DNA from: Phycisphaerales bacterium
GTDB taxonomy: Bacteria > Planctomycetota > Phycisphaerae > UBA1845
DNA length: 64,000 nt
Assembly: GCA_020852275.1 (NCBI GenBank)
Contig: JADZBE010000017.1
Coordinates: 64,551 to 128,550, forward strand
Direction of reading: 5' to 3'
Shown piece by piece: positions 28,313 to 38,983 of this stretch. The notes below the pieces were generated by a model, which was not told the origin of the DNA, made no database searches, and worked only from the letters and a program-made list of their open reading frames with translations. Both the position numbers and the translations under genes were made by a program. Every line of letters starts with the position of its first letter. The first letter of the stretch is position 1.

Positions 28313-29923
28313 TCACCGGATCGCGTGGGCGATCGGCTTGGCGTCGTCCTTCAGCTCGGTCAGCATGACTTCCGTCGTCAGCAGCAGCCCCGCCACGCTG
28401 GCGGCGTTCTCCAGCGCGATGCGCGAGACCTTCGCGGGATCGACGATGCCGGCCTTGACCATGTCGGTGAACTCGCCCTTGCGCGCGTCGTAGCCGTGCG
28501 CGCCGCTTTTCTCCAGAATCTGCTCGATCACCACGTCGCCGTCCTCGCCGCAGTTCTCGACAATCGTCCGCGTCGGCAGCCGCAACGCGTGGGCCACGAT
28601 GTCCACGCCCGTCTTCTCATCGCCGCGCGCCTTGCTCCGAATCGCGTCGACCGCCTCGATGGCCCGCAGGAACGCCACGCCGCCGCCCGGCACGATGCCT
28701 TCCTCTGAAGCGGCCTTGGTCGCATGGAACGCGTCGTCCACCAGGTCCTTGCGCTCCTTGACTTCGATTTCGGTCGAGCCGCCGACGCGAATCACGGCCA
28801 CTCCGCCGGTGAGCTTCGCCAGCCGCTCCTGGAGTTTCTCGCGGTCGTAGTCGCTGGTCGTCTGGTCGATCTGCGTGCGGATCTGGTCCGCCTTCGCCTT
28901 GATTTCGTTCTTCTTTCCCGCGCCTTGGATGATCGTCGTGTCGTCCTTGGTGATGACCACGCGCTTGGCCGTACCCATCTGCGCCGTGGTGATGTTTTCG
29001 AGCTTGATGCCAAGGTCCTCGCTGATCAGCTCGCCGCCGGTGACGCAGGCGATGTCGCCCAGCAGCGCCTTGCGCCGATCGCCGAAGCCCGGCGCCTTCA
29101 CCGCGCAGCACTTCAGAATCCCACGCAGCTTGTTGACCACCAGCGTTGCCAGCGCTTCGCCGTCCACGTCCTCCGCGATGATCAGCAGAGGCCGGCTCGA
29201 CGTGACCACGCCCTCCAGCAACTTCACGAATTCGCGCAGGCTGCTGATTTTTTTCTCGTAGATGAGGATGTGCGGATCCTCGAGGACGCATTCGAGCGTG
29301 CCGGGATCGGTCATGAAGTAAGGCGAGATGTAGCCCTTGTCGAACTGCATGCCCTCAACCACCTCCAGCTCGTCTTCAAGGCTCTTGCCCTCCTCGATCT
29401 CGACGACGCCCTCATTGCCGACTTTCGCCAGCGCGTCGGCGAGCAGCCGGCCGACCTTCTCGTTGCCGTTGGCCGAGATGGTCGCCACCTTGGCGAGGTC
29501 TTCGTTGCCCTTTACCTTGACGGAGAGCTTGGCAATCGACTCGATCGCGGCCTTCACCGCCATGTCGATGCCGCGCTTCAGCGCCATCGGGTTCGCGCCG
29601 GCCGTGACGTGCTTAAGCCCTTCACGATAGATCGCCTCGGCGAAGACCGTGGCGGTCGTGGTGCCATCACCGACCACGTCGCTCGTCTTGGAGGCGACCT
29701 GGTTGAGCATCTTGGCGCCCATGTTCTGGAAGTTGTCGGGCAGCTCAACTTCTTTGGCGACGGTGACGCCGTCCTTGGTGACGCGCGGCGCGCCGTAAGA
29801 CTTCTGGAGCAGCACGTTGCGCCCCGTCGGTCCCATGGTGATCTTCACCACCGCCGCCAGCTTGGACACGCCCTCCAGCACCTGCTGCCGGGCGTCCTGA
29901 GAGAACATCATTTGTTTTGGCAT
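28313..29923 (-). CDS. groEL: chaperonin GroEL (copy 1, no Gly-Met tail)
   Basis: From [19 protein letters not shown]...VTLGP.GRNV...; conserved throughout; ends ...[13 protein letters not shown]. Confidence 0.93.
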   Translation of the reverse strand: MPKQMMFSQDARQQVLEGVSKLAAVVKITMGPTGRNVLLQKSYGAPRVTKDGVTVAKEVELPDNFQNMGAKMLNQVASKTSDVVGDGTTTATVFAEAIYREGLKHVTAGANPMALKRGIDMAVKAAIESIAKLSVKVKGNEDLAKVATISANGNEKVGRLLADALAKVGNEGVVEIEEGKSLEDELEVVEGMQFDKGYISPYFMTDPGTLECVLEDPHILIYEKKISSLREFVKLLEGVVTSSRPLLIIAEDVDGEALATLVVNKLRGILKCCAVKAPGFGDRRKALLGDIACVTGGELISEDLGIKLENITTAQMGTAKRVVITKDDTTIIQGAGKKNEIKAKADQIRTQIDQTTSDYDREKLQERLAKLTGGVAVIRVGGSTEIEVKERKDLVDDAFHATKAASEEGIVPGGGVAFLRAIEAVDAIRSKARGDEKTGVDIVAHALRLPTRTIVENCGEDGDVVIEQILEKSGAHGYDARKGEFTDMVKAGIVDPAKVSRIALENAASVAGLLLTTEVMLTELKDDAKPIAHAIR

Positions 29924-29950
29924 TGCACAATCCTTACGAGTATCCGCGTG

Positions 29951-30248
29951 CCACTGCTCTGTGAGCAGTGCCACACGAGTGTCCGCGTGTCACACGAATA
30001 TGGGTGCGTCACACGAGTGTCCGTGTACCACACGATCGACCGTGTCCCACACGGGCGTCCGCGTGCCACTGCTCTGTGAGCAGTGGTTTTGAACTTCACG
30101 TAACGAATCAGGCACTGCTCCGCGAGCAGCACCACACGAGTGTCCGTGTGCCACTGCTCTGCGAGCAGTGGATTTGAACTTCAAGCAACGTCTCAAACAC
30201 TGCTCACAGAGCAGTGGTACAACCACAAACACTGCTCGCAGAGCAGTG
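29951..30248. repeat. array of six near-identical hairpins (C)CACTGCTC-NNN-GAGCAGTG(G) with repeated flanks
   Basis: Hairpins start at 29951, 30066, 30112, 30151, 30198 and 30230. The flanks ACACGAGTGTCCG(C/T)GTG and GG(T/A)TTTGAACTTCA are each repeated. The array fills the groES-groEL1 gap. Confidence 0.9.
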
Positions 30249-30257
30249 GCACGGCAC

Positions 30258-30596
30258 CTATTCGACGATGCCCAATACGTCCGACTCGCGCAGCACGACG
30301 TACGTTTCGCCGTTCATGTCGATCTCCGTGCCGCTGTATTTGCCGTAGAGCAATTCCATTCCAACTTTCACGGCCATTTCGCCGCGCTTGCCGCTGTCGA
30401 GGAGCTTGCCCGGACCGACGGCGATCACCGTCCCGCGCTGCGGCTTTTCCCGCGCCGTATCCGGCAGCACGATGCCGCCCGCGGTCGTCTCCTCGGCCTC
30501 GCGCACCTCGATCATGATCCGGTCGTCCAGCGGACGGAACTTCACGTTCGTGCTGGTCTTGCTCTTCGTCCTGGGCGATGCAGTCGCGGTTGCCAT
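30258..30596 (-). CDS. groES: co-chaperonin GroES with an N-terminal extension
   Basis: ...KFRPLDDRIMIEVREAEETTAGGIVLPDTAREKPQRGTVIAVGPG...; a CAGGAGG RBS lies upstream. Confidence 0.9.
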   Translation of the reverse strand: MATATASPRTKSKTSTNVKFRPLDDRIMIEVREAEETTAGGIVLPDTAREKPQRGTVIAVGPGKLLDSGKRGEMAVKVGMELLYGKYSGTEIDMNGETYVVLRESDVLGIVE

Positions 30597-30657
30597 GTGT
30601 GCAAATCCTCCTGATGGATAAGACTAGACTTATTGAGTTTTGATTGCCAAAAAACTT

Positions 30658-30768
30658 AATGCCGAATGCTGAATGCTGAATGCCGAATGCAAGAAGGTCG
30701 AATGCCGAAAGAAATGCCCGCGGACTGCCGACAGTCCTTTCGGCATTCGCCATTCGCCATTCGCCATT
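30658..30768. repeat. inverted heptamer arrays (AATGCCG/AATGCTG x5 ... CATTCGC x3) around a perfect 13-bp stem
   Basis: Stem CGAATGCCGAAAG (30699-30711) pairs with CTTTCGGCATTCG (30737-49). The 25-nt loop contains the inner hairpin GACTG-CCGA-CAGTC. Confidence 0.85.
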
Positions 30769-30770
30769 TC

Positions 30771-32414
<1,644 letters not shown>

Positions 32415-32531
32415 GAACTCCTGCTCCTGCAAAGGTCCAAGATGACGGCGGCCCGAGGTCCGCAGCGTCGCATGTTGTTCGTCGACTCGACGGCGGGGAA
32501 GAACCGGGCAAGACCTTCCCCTTGGGCCACA

Positions 32532-32547
32532 AGCAAGCCCAATGCCA
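32532..32547 (-). promoter_or_regulatory. candidate sigma54 promoter TGGCATTGGGCTTGCT
   Basis: Exact TGGCA(T)-N5-TTGCT match on the minus strand, ~120 nt upstream of the groEL2 ATG, in intergenic sequence. Confidence 0.45.
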
Positions 32548-32705
32548 GCCACTCACTCGGCAGCGTACCACGCAAGCACTTGATTGCCAACATGTTACGG
32601 CGGCGTCGCGGCTACCGCATGGAGAACCGTTCTGCCAGCTTGTCCGAAGCGTCAACCGGGTCGTCGAGCGGCTTGCCAAAATGTCAGTCGCGGCTCCAGC
32701 AGGGC

Positions 32706-32740
32706 GGGGTGGCACGCTCTGGCGTACTCGCCTGAGCGTG
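32706..32740. repeat. REP-like hairpin unit (reverse orientation) upstream of the DUF962 gene
   Basis: GGGGTGGCACGCTCTGGCGTACTCGCCTGAGCGTG; its reverse complement aligns with 33129-33164 and 5470-5505. Confidence 0.75.
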
Positions 32741-32795
32741 TTGAGGAAGAAGTGTGGCTGCCGAAAGGGGCCGGTCCGGGTATCCTCCACCCCGA

Positions 32796-33083
32796 ATGAG
32801 GCAATGGCTGAACAACTGGCGCGCGAGACACCGTCACCCCATATCACTGGCGCTGCACCTCGTGGCCATCCCGATGCTGCCCGCCGCGGGCGTCCTTGCC
32901 GCCGTGCAGCTCGCCGATGGGGCGTGGTTCCTCTGGTGGAGACCGGTCGGGCTGTTCGGGCTCAGCTACCTGCTGCAGTGGATCGGTCACCGGATCGAGG
33001 GCAACGACATGGGCGAGGTCATCCTCATCAAGAAGCTGCTCGGCAAGCCGTATGTGGCCATTGCCCCGCGCCGTTTTGTTTGA
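32796..33083 (+). CDS. DUF962 (Mpo1-like) family membrane protein (alternative start 32754)
   Basis: MRQWLNNWRARHRHPISLALHLVAIPML...LSYLLQWIGHRIEGN..., the typical DUF962 pattern. Confidence 0.6.
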   Translation: MRQWLNNWRARHRHPISLALHLVAIPMLPAAGVLAAVQLADGAWFLWWRPVGLFGLSYLLQWIGHRIEGNDMGEVILIKKLLGKPYVAIAPRRFV

Positions 33084-33128
33084 CCCGCGAGGCTGTGGGT
33101 CTGCACGAGGTACTCGTTGCTCATCCGC

Positions 33129-33164
33129 CACGGCCTGGCGAGTACGCCAGACCGTGCCACCCGC
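33129..33164. repeat. REP-like hairpin unit downstream of the DUF962 gene
   Basis: CACGGCCTGGCGAGTACGCCAGACCGTGCCACCCGC. Confidence 0.75.
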
Positions 33165-33261
33165 CCGCGTCCGCCCGATAGGCCTGCTTCAGCCACACGC
33201 GCCCGCCTTGTCCCCAGCCATGCTTGACGCTCGCCGCCCTGACTTCGACGATGCCCCGCTT

Positions 33262-34476
33262 ATGAAAGTCTTCATCGCCGAGAAGTTCCAATCGTGGGGC
33301 GTCGAGAAGCTCCGCGCCGCCGGGTGCGAGGTGGTCGAGCAGACGGGCCTGCAGGGGGCGGCACTCGCGGAGGCGGTTTCGCGCAGTGGATGCCAGATCC
33401 TCATCGTCCGCGGCGCCAAGGTCGTCGCGGACGTTTTCCGCGATTCGCCGAATCTGGCGCTGGTGGTTCGCGCGGGGGCGGGCTATGACACGATCGACGT
33501 GAAGGCCGCCTCGCAGCGCAGCGTCTTCGTCGCCAACTGCCCGGGCAGGAACGCCGCGGCCGTGGCGGAACTGACCATCGGGCTGATCCTCGCGGTGGAC
33601 CGGCGCATCGTGGACGCCACCAACGACCTGCGCAAAGGCTCGTGGGACAAGAAGGGATACTCCGAGGCGCGCGGTCTGAAGGGGCGGACGCTCGGCGTGG
33701 TCGGCAAGGGGCAGATCGGCCGGCTGGTAATCGCGCGGGCGCTGGCGATGGAGATGGAAGTGGTCGCGTGGAGCCGGTCGCTGACCTTCGAGGAGGCGGC
33801 GGCGATGGGGGTGCGTCGCGTGGCGTCGATCGCCGAGTGCGCCGCGGCATGCGACATTCTCTCGGTTCACCTCGCCTCGACGCCGGACACGAAGCGCTGC
33901 ATCAGCGCGGCGGTGCTCGACGCGATGAAGCCCGGCTCGTACTTCATCAACACGTCGCGCGGCGACGTCGTGGATTACGACGCGCTCCTGAAAGCCATCG
34001 CCACGAAGCGCCTCCGCGTCGGACTCGACGTGTTCGAGCACGAGCCGGCGGGCACCACGACGGAGTTCACCGATCGAATTCTCGCCTCCGGCGGCGTCGT
34101 CTATGCCACGCCGCACATCGGCGCTTCGACCGATCAGGCGCAGGACGCCATCGCCGCCGAGACGGTGCGCATCGTCACGCACTACCTGACCACGGGCGAA
34201 GTGCTCAACGGCGTCAACCTCTGCGCCCGCACCGCGGCCCGCTGCATGTTGCTGGTGCGCCATCTCAACAAACCCGGCGTCCTCGCTCACGTGCTCAACG
34301 GCATCAGCCTCGCCAACATCAACGTCGAGGAGATGCAGAACATCATCTGCGAAGGCGCGGTCTCGGCCTGTGCGCAGATCGCCCTCAGCGGCGCGCTCAC
34401 GGATGCGCAGATCGCCGACATCCAGAAGGACAATGCGAACATCCTGTCGGTGGGGCAGCAGGCGATTGCGGGATAA
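33262..34476 (+). CDS. D-isomer-specific 2-hydroxyacid dehydrogenase, phosphoglycerate dehydrogenase-like, with a C-terminal ACT-like domain
   Basis: Inner part of track ORF 32896..34476 from MKVFIAEKF. NAD motif GVVGKGQIGRLV, catalytic region ...NTSRGDVVD... and ...TPHIGAST.... Confidence 0.82.
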   Translation: MKVFIAEKFQSWGVEKLRAAGCEVVEQTGLQGAALAEAVSRSGCQILIVRGAKVVADVFRDSPNLALVVRAGAGYDTIDVKAASQRSVFVANCPGRNAAAVAELTIGLILAVDRRIVDATNDLRKGSWDKKGYSEARGLKGRTLGVVGKGQIGRLVIARALAMEMEVVAWSRSLTFEEAAAMGVRRVASIAECAAACDILSVHLASTPDTKRCISAAVLDAMKPGSYFINTSRGDVVDYDALLKAIATKRLRVGLDVFEHEPAGTTTEFTDRILASGGVVYATPHIGASTDQAQDAIAAETVRIVTHYLTTGEVLNGVNLCARTAARCMLLVRHLNKPGVLAHVLNGISLANINVEEMQNIICEGAVSACAQIALSGALTDAQIADIQKDNANILSVGQQAIAG

Positions 34477-34485
34477 TCGAAACTG

Positions 34486-34520
34486 GCGAATAGCGAATGG
34501 CGAATAGCGAAGAGCGATTG
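34486..34520. repeat. heptamer array GCGAATA/GCGAATG x5
   Basis: Direct reading just after the serA-like stop. It is followed by the hairpin GCACAGGT-TTCCCA-ACCTGTGC at ~34555-34576. Confidence 0.85.
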
Positions 34521-34660
34521 CTCCTGTGGCACCGGTTTATAACCATTGTCTGTAGCACAGGTTTCCCAACCTGTGCAAAGCGACCCGGATGGAAGAATGA
34601 TGCTTTTCAGTTTCGCTCCGATTCGGAATCCGGCCGGAGATTCTTCTTGAACGGCACTCC

Positions 34661-35389
34661 ATGACGCACAGCCAGGAGAATCAGGGAACGCCGCTCAGCG
34701 CCGCGCCCTCGGCTGAGGATCGCGACGCATTCCTGCGCGCCTTGCGCGACAAGCTGTCTCTCTGGCAACTGCGATTGACCGATGCGCAGGAAGATCTCTG
34801 CTTCGCGCACTTCGCCGCCGTGGTCGAAACCAATCGTGTGATGAACCTCACGCGCATCACTTCGCCGCAACAGGCCGCGATTCGACATTACGCCGACTCC
34901 ATGGCGCTGCTGGCTTGGGCGACCTCCGACGGGATAGGCGGACCGCAGCGCGTGCTCGACGTGGGCACGGGCGCCGGCTTTCCGGCGGTTCCGCTGGGCA
35001 TCCTGCGGACCGACTGGCGGATCACCGCGATGGACGGCACGGGCAAGAAGGCGGCCTTCGTGCGGCGCGTCGCACTGGAGTTGAAGCTCGCGCATCTCAC
35101 CGCGCTGCACGCCCGCGCGGACCACGGCAAGCCCGCCGCGCAGCATGACCTCGTGCTCGCGCGAGCGGTGGGGCGGCTCGATCCGCTGCTGGGATGGCTC
35201 GCGCCGTGGGCGAAGCCCGGAGGCCGCCTCGTCGTGTGGAAGTCCGCCGCCATGAGCGACGACGAATCACAGGCCGGCGCTCACCTCGCAAAGCGACTCC
35301 GCCTGCGGGAATGCGAGCCGTTCATGTACGAACTGCCGGACGAACCGTCGCCGATGCGCTGCGCGCTGCGCATTTATGAGAAACCCTGA
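34661..35389 (+). CDS. rsmG: 16S rRNA (guanine527-N7)-methyltransferase RsmG
   Basis: ...NRVMNLTRI......RHYADS..., the SAM motif VLDVGTGAGFPAVPLGI and ...LVLARAV.... Confidence 0.88.
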   Translation: MTHSQENQGTPLSAAPSAEDRDAFLRALRDKLSLWQLRLTDAQEDLCFAHFAAVVETNRVMNLTRITSPQQAAIRHYADSMALLAWATSDGIGGPQRVLDVGTGAGFPAVPLGILRTDWRITAMDGTGKKAAFVRRVALELKLAHLTALHARADHGKPAAQHDLVLARAVGRLDPLLGWLAPWAKPGGRLVVWKSAAMSDDESQAGAHLAKRLRLRECEPFMYELPDEPSPMRCALRIYEKP

Positions 35390-35487
35390 ATGGACGCTCG
35401 CTGAAGGGAAACCGGGTGCTACGGCCTGGCGTCCGCGCCTCTTCGGGGCGAGCGGGGCTAGCTCATGGCGCGCGGTGCGAATTTCCT

Positions 35488-35540
35488 GAAACGCGAGAGG
35501 AGGAACCGGTTCGCCCGTGTTCCTCCTCTCCGCTCGTTTC
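35488..35540. terminator. long hairpin between convergent rsmG and the S8 protease gene (candidate bidirectional terminator)
   Basis: GAAACGCGAGAGGAGGAAC-cggttcgcccgt-GTTCCTCCTCTCCGCTCGTTTC, a ~19-bp stem with one bulge. Confidence 0.5.
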
Positions 35541-35567
35541 AGGTTGCGTCAAACCGCGGTCACCGCG

Positions 35568-37370
35568 TCACGGGCACTGAGCCGATGCGGAAATGCCGCA
35601 GTCCGGCGAGACGAGCGTGGCCGTCTGCGTGCCGCTGAACGGTCCGCCGTACAGCAGCGCCTTGCCGCTGAACACGCCGACGCTGTACACGACGCCGCCG
35701 ATGTCGATCCCGAGCGTCTCGCCGTCAAACGACGCGTCGCGGAATTTTACCACGACCTTGAGCGTGCCGCCGGCGCTGCATGCGGCCTTGAGGCGCTTCA
35801 CCTTGTCGCATGGGCACTGTCCGCTGCACGAGCTGCTTTCGCCGTGGAAGGTTCCCACGCAGTCGCGTTCGAGCAGCACTTCGCAGCGCGCGTCGCCGAT
35901 GCAGCAGGCGCCGGGCTGCGGGCAATTGTACGAGCCGCAGTCCGAGTTGTAGTGCCAGGATCCGCCCTGGTCGCGGCAGTCCTGCCCGAAGAGGTCCGAG
36001 CAGCTTCCGTCGTCGAAGCAGCACGCGCCCAGAACCGGATCGCCGCCCCCGCCGTTGGTCAGCGTCGTGAAGACGTCGATGCGGCCATAGCCATAGTTGT
36101 TGTCAATGCCCGGCGTGCCGAGGTCATCGCACGAGATCTTCAGCACCTGCTCGACGGTGTCCGGGTCCAGCGACGGATTGCGTGAGATCGTCAGCGCCGC
36201 AAGCCCCGCCGTCAGCGGGCAGGAGAAGCTCGTGCCGCTGGTGGCGGCGTACGACGTGTCCGATCCCGCATTCGTCGTGTACACGTCCACGCCCGGCGCC
36301 ATGAAGTCCACCATCGGACCGAAATTCGAGAAGCTCGCCTTGTTGTCCCCGGAGTCCGTGGCGCCGATGACGAGGATGTCATCGTCGTCGCGGTTGGAAA
36401 GGGTGAGGTTTCGCCCTTCATTCCCCGCTGCCCAGACCAGCAGCCCCCCGATGGACTTGATGTAGGTCGCCGTCGTCAGGTTGGAAGAGCTGTCCACGCC
36501 GCTGTACGAAACGCTGGCCACGCGGTCGCCGTTCTCGACGGCCGTTCGCGCCGCATGTTGGAGCACCGCGAGGCTCGATCCGCCGCCGCTGTTGCTGACG
36601 CGAAGCATCCGGTGCGACAGATCCCAGCCCACGCCCGACACCCCCTTGCCATTGTTGCCGTTCGCCGCCGCGCAGCCCGTCGTGGCCGTGCCGTGACCGT
36701 GCGGGTCGTCGATGCGCCCGCCCTCATGCTCCCACTTCTCGTCCACCGCGTTGTATCCTTCGAGGCGGTGGAGTTGGAAGTCCTCATGCGTGAAGCGGAT
36801 GCCCGTGTCGCAGATGCCGACGGACACCGACGGATCGCCGGTGTACAGGTCCCAGCCCGCGCAGGAGTTCATGCGGTTGGCGTTGTGGTGCCACTGATTC
36901 CCCAGACGCGGATCGTTCGGGCACACGAGCGGAAACACGTTCCAGTCCGGCTCGACGTACTGGAAGTTGCCCGTCGCCACGAGCGCCGCCGCCACCGCGT
37001 CCTCCGTCGATCCGGCCGGCACGTCGAAGACGTACTCATCCGTCTGCCACACGTAGCGTGTCACGATGTACGCCTGCATGGACTGGTCGGCTTGACCGTG
37101 ACGCAGCACGGCCTGATTTTCCGCGACACCCTGCTTGATCCAGTTTTCAACCTGCACGGGCCTGGCAATCATCCGCCCCGAGAACTCGCGCACCCCCGCG
37201 ATCGGCTGGAACAACGCGCCGCCCGAGCCGACCAGGGGCTGGTCCGCGACCGCTCCCCAGGCCGCGCCGCAACCGATGAGCGCAAACCCCACCACAGCGC
37301 CCACGATCGCACGCGCCCCGATCGGCGCCCCGGCTCCGAAGCTGGTCCTCTGAAATCCCCCTGAGTACAT
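35568..37370 (-). CDS. secreted subtilisin-like serine protease (peptidase S8) with a Cys-rich C-terminal region
   Basis: From MYSGGF..., with an AGGAGG RBS. Catalytic triad contexts are GICDTGI, HGHGTATTG and SGTSFSCPLTAG. The C-terminus has GACCFDDGSCSD...GACCIGDARCE... repeats. Confidence 0.88.
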   Translation of the reverse strand: MYSGGFQRTSFGAGAPIGARAIVGAVVGFALIGCGAAWGAVADQPLVGSGGALFQPIAGVREFSGRMIARPVQVENWIKQGVAENQAVLRHGQADQSMQAYIVTRYVWQTDEYVFDVPAGSTEDAVAAALVATGNFQYVEPDWNVFPLVCPNDPRLGNQWHHNANRMNSCAGWDLYTGDPSVSVGICDTGIRFTHEDFQLHRLEGYNAVDEKWEHEGGRIDDPHGHGTATTGCAAANGNNGKGVSGVGWDLSHRMLRVSNSGGGSSLAVLQHAARTAVENGDRVASVSYSGVDSSSNLTTATYIKSIGGLLVWAAGNEGRNLTLSNRDDDDILVIGATDSGDNKASFSNFGPMVDFMAPGVDVYTTNAGSDTSYAATSGTSFSCPLTAGLAALTISRNPSLDPDTVEQVLKISCDDLGTPGIDNNYGYGRIDVFTTLTNGGGGDPVLGACCFDDGSCSDLFGQDCRDQGGSWHYNSDCGSYNCPQPGACCIGDARCEVLLERDCVGTFHGESSSCSGQCPCDKVKRLKAACSAGGTLKVVVKFRDASFDGETLGIDIGGVVYSVGVFSGKALLYGGPFSGTQTATLVSPDCGISASAQCP

Positions 37371-37747
37371 CCCCTTGCCTCCTGAAAAAACCACGTTCCC
37401 CCGTTTTCCCCCAGGGCGTTTCACCAGCTTACTTGAAAGTCCGGCGGAAACGAAATGCCCGCACTTCTGCACGGTCGGCGAAGATGCGCAACCTTATTCT
37501 GGAATGGAATCAGTGCCGCACGGCGCACCGAACTTGCCAGCCGGTTGCGACAGGGCAGTTTGGGCACGATCGCACGCTCCGCGCGTCCGCTGCTGCGCAT
37601 CCGCGCCACCCTCCGGTTGAGGGATTCCCAAAACAGGGTTGTCTTGGCGGGTGAGGATGGCCCTGAAGCGCTTCCCGTCGGACCTGATCGGCGGCGATTC
37701 GTCCGAGTGGGTGAACGGTGCTTCTCCTGCGTATCTCGCCTTGGGCG

Positions 37748-37762
37748 TGGCACGTAACATGC
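37748..37762 (+). promoter_or_regulatory. weaker sigma54-like element TGGCACGTAACATGC
   Basis: GG-N10-GC spacing is correct and the -24 box is perfect, but the -12 box is ATGC rather than TTGC. It lies ~150 nt upstream of the DHOD-like gene. Confidence 0.35.
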
Positions 37763-37912
37763 TCCAGTGGTCTGCAACAGAGGGTCAGAGATTGGAGGTT
37801 CCGCCGGGCCGGAAGGGCTTGCAGTGCGCGACGGAATCCGGCTGGTTCGGGCGGTACGCTGCTGCGCTGAGCGCGGCGGGTGGGGACGGGGGTCGATGAA
37901 AGGGAGCTGGAG

Positions 37913-38902
37913 ATGGACCTGACCACGAACTACATGGGCCTTCATCTGAAGGGTCCGCTTATCGTCGGCGCCGGACCGATGTCGGACACGCTGGATCGCG
38001 TCAAGCGCGTCGAGGACGCCGGCGCGTCGGCCATCGTGCTGCGCTCCCTCTTTGAGGAGCAGATCACCGCGGAAAGCCTGGCGACGCACAGCGCCTTCGT
38101 GGATGCGTCGTATTCCTACGGCGAGGCGACCACCTACCTTCCCGAACCGGAGGAGTTCGTGCTCGGTCCGCATGAATACCTCGATCATCTGCGCAAGGTG
38201 AAACAGGCCGTGGGCATTCCCGTCGTCGCATCCTTGAACGGCACGACGCCCGGCGGCTGGCTGGAGCACGCGCGGCTCATGGAGCAGGCAGGCGCCGACG
38301 CGCTGGAGTTGAACCTTTACTTCCTCAACACGGACGCAAACGTGGACGGACCGGCGCTGGAGCGCATGGCCATCGACATCGTGCGCACCGTGAAGCAGGC
38401 CGTGCGCATCCCCCTGTCCGTGAAGCTCTCGCCGTTCTTTACGTCCCTGGCGAACATGGGTCTTCGGCTCGGTGAACTCGGCGCGGACGGGCTGGTCCTC
38501 TACAACCGGTACTACGCGCCCGATGTCGATCTCGAACTGCTTCAGGCCGCCGGCCACCTGACGCTCTCCACCTCGCGCGACCTGCTTCCGCGGCTGCGCT
38601 GGCTGGCGATTCTGCACGGACAGGTCGAGTCGTCGCTGGCGGTGACCGGCGGCGTGCACACGGCGGAGGACGTCATCAAGGCGATGATGTGCGGCGCGGA
38701 TGCCGCGCAGATTGTTTCAGCGCTGCTGCTCAACGGACCGGAGTACCTCAAGAAGATCCGCGACGGGATTGAGGCCTGGCTGCACGAACATGAGTATGAG
38801 AATCTCCGCCAGCTCGTCGGCAGCATGAGCCTGGCGCGCTGCCCCAACCCGCAGGTGTTTGAACGCGGCAACTACATGCACCTCCTGCAGACGTGGGAAT
38901 GA
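37913..38902 (+). CDS. dihydroorotate dehydrogenase-like (class 1 DHOD fold) flavoprotein
   Basis: From MDLTTNYMGLHLKGPLIVGAGPMS..., with ...LELNLY... and ...GGVHTAEDVIKAMMCGADAAQIVSALL.... It is not necessarily PyrD. Confidence 0.72.
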   Translation: MDLTTNYMGLHLKGPLIVGAGPMSDTLDRVKRVEDAGASAIVLRSLFEEQITAESLATHSAFVDASYSYGEATTYLPEPEEFVLGPHEYLDHLRKVKQAVGIPVVASLNGTTPGGWLEHARLMEQAGADALELNLYFLNTDANVDGPALERMAIDIVRTVKQAVRIPLSVKLSPFFTSLANMGLRLGELGADGLVLYNRYYAPDVDLELLQAAGHLTLSTSRDLLPRLRWLAILHGQVESSLAVTGGVHTAEDVIKAMMCGADAAQIVSALLLNGPEYLKKIRDGIEAWLHEHEYENLRQLVGSMSLARCPNPQVFERGNYMHLLQTWE

Positions 38903-38983
38903 GGCGCGGCCCACTGCCCTCTGCCCTGTCAGCGCGCTGCATCAGCCCGGGGGAGGAACCGGTTGCATGAGCCTGTTGCAGGA

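Noticed and set aside
29951-30248. Whether the hairpin array between groES and groEL1 is a CRISPR array
   Set aside because: The spacing is irregular (115, 46, 39, 47 and 32 bp between starts). The 'spacers' are themselves repeated. No cas genes or leader are present, and the array lies inside a chaperone operon.
34528-34545. TGGCACCGGTTTATAA downstream of the serA-like gene as a sigma54 promoter for rsmG
   Set aside because: There is no TTGC-type -12 element at the required spacing.
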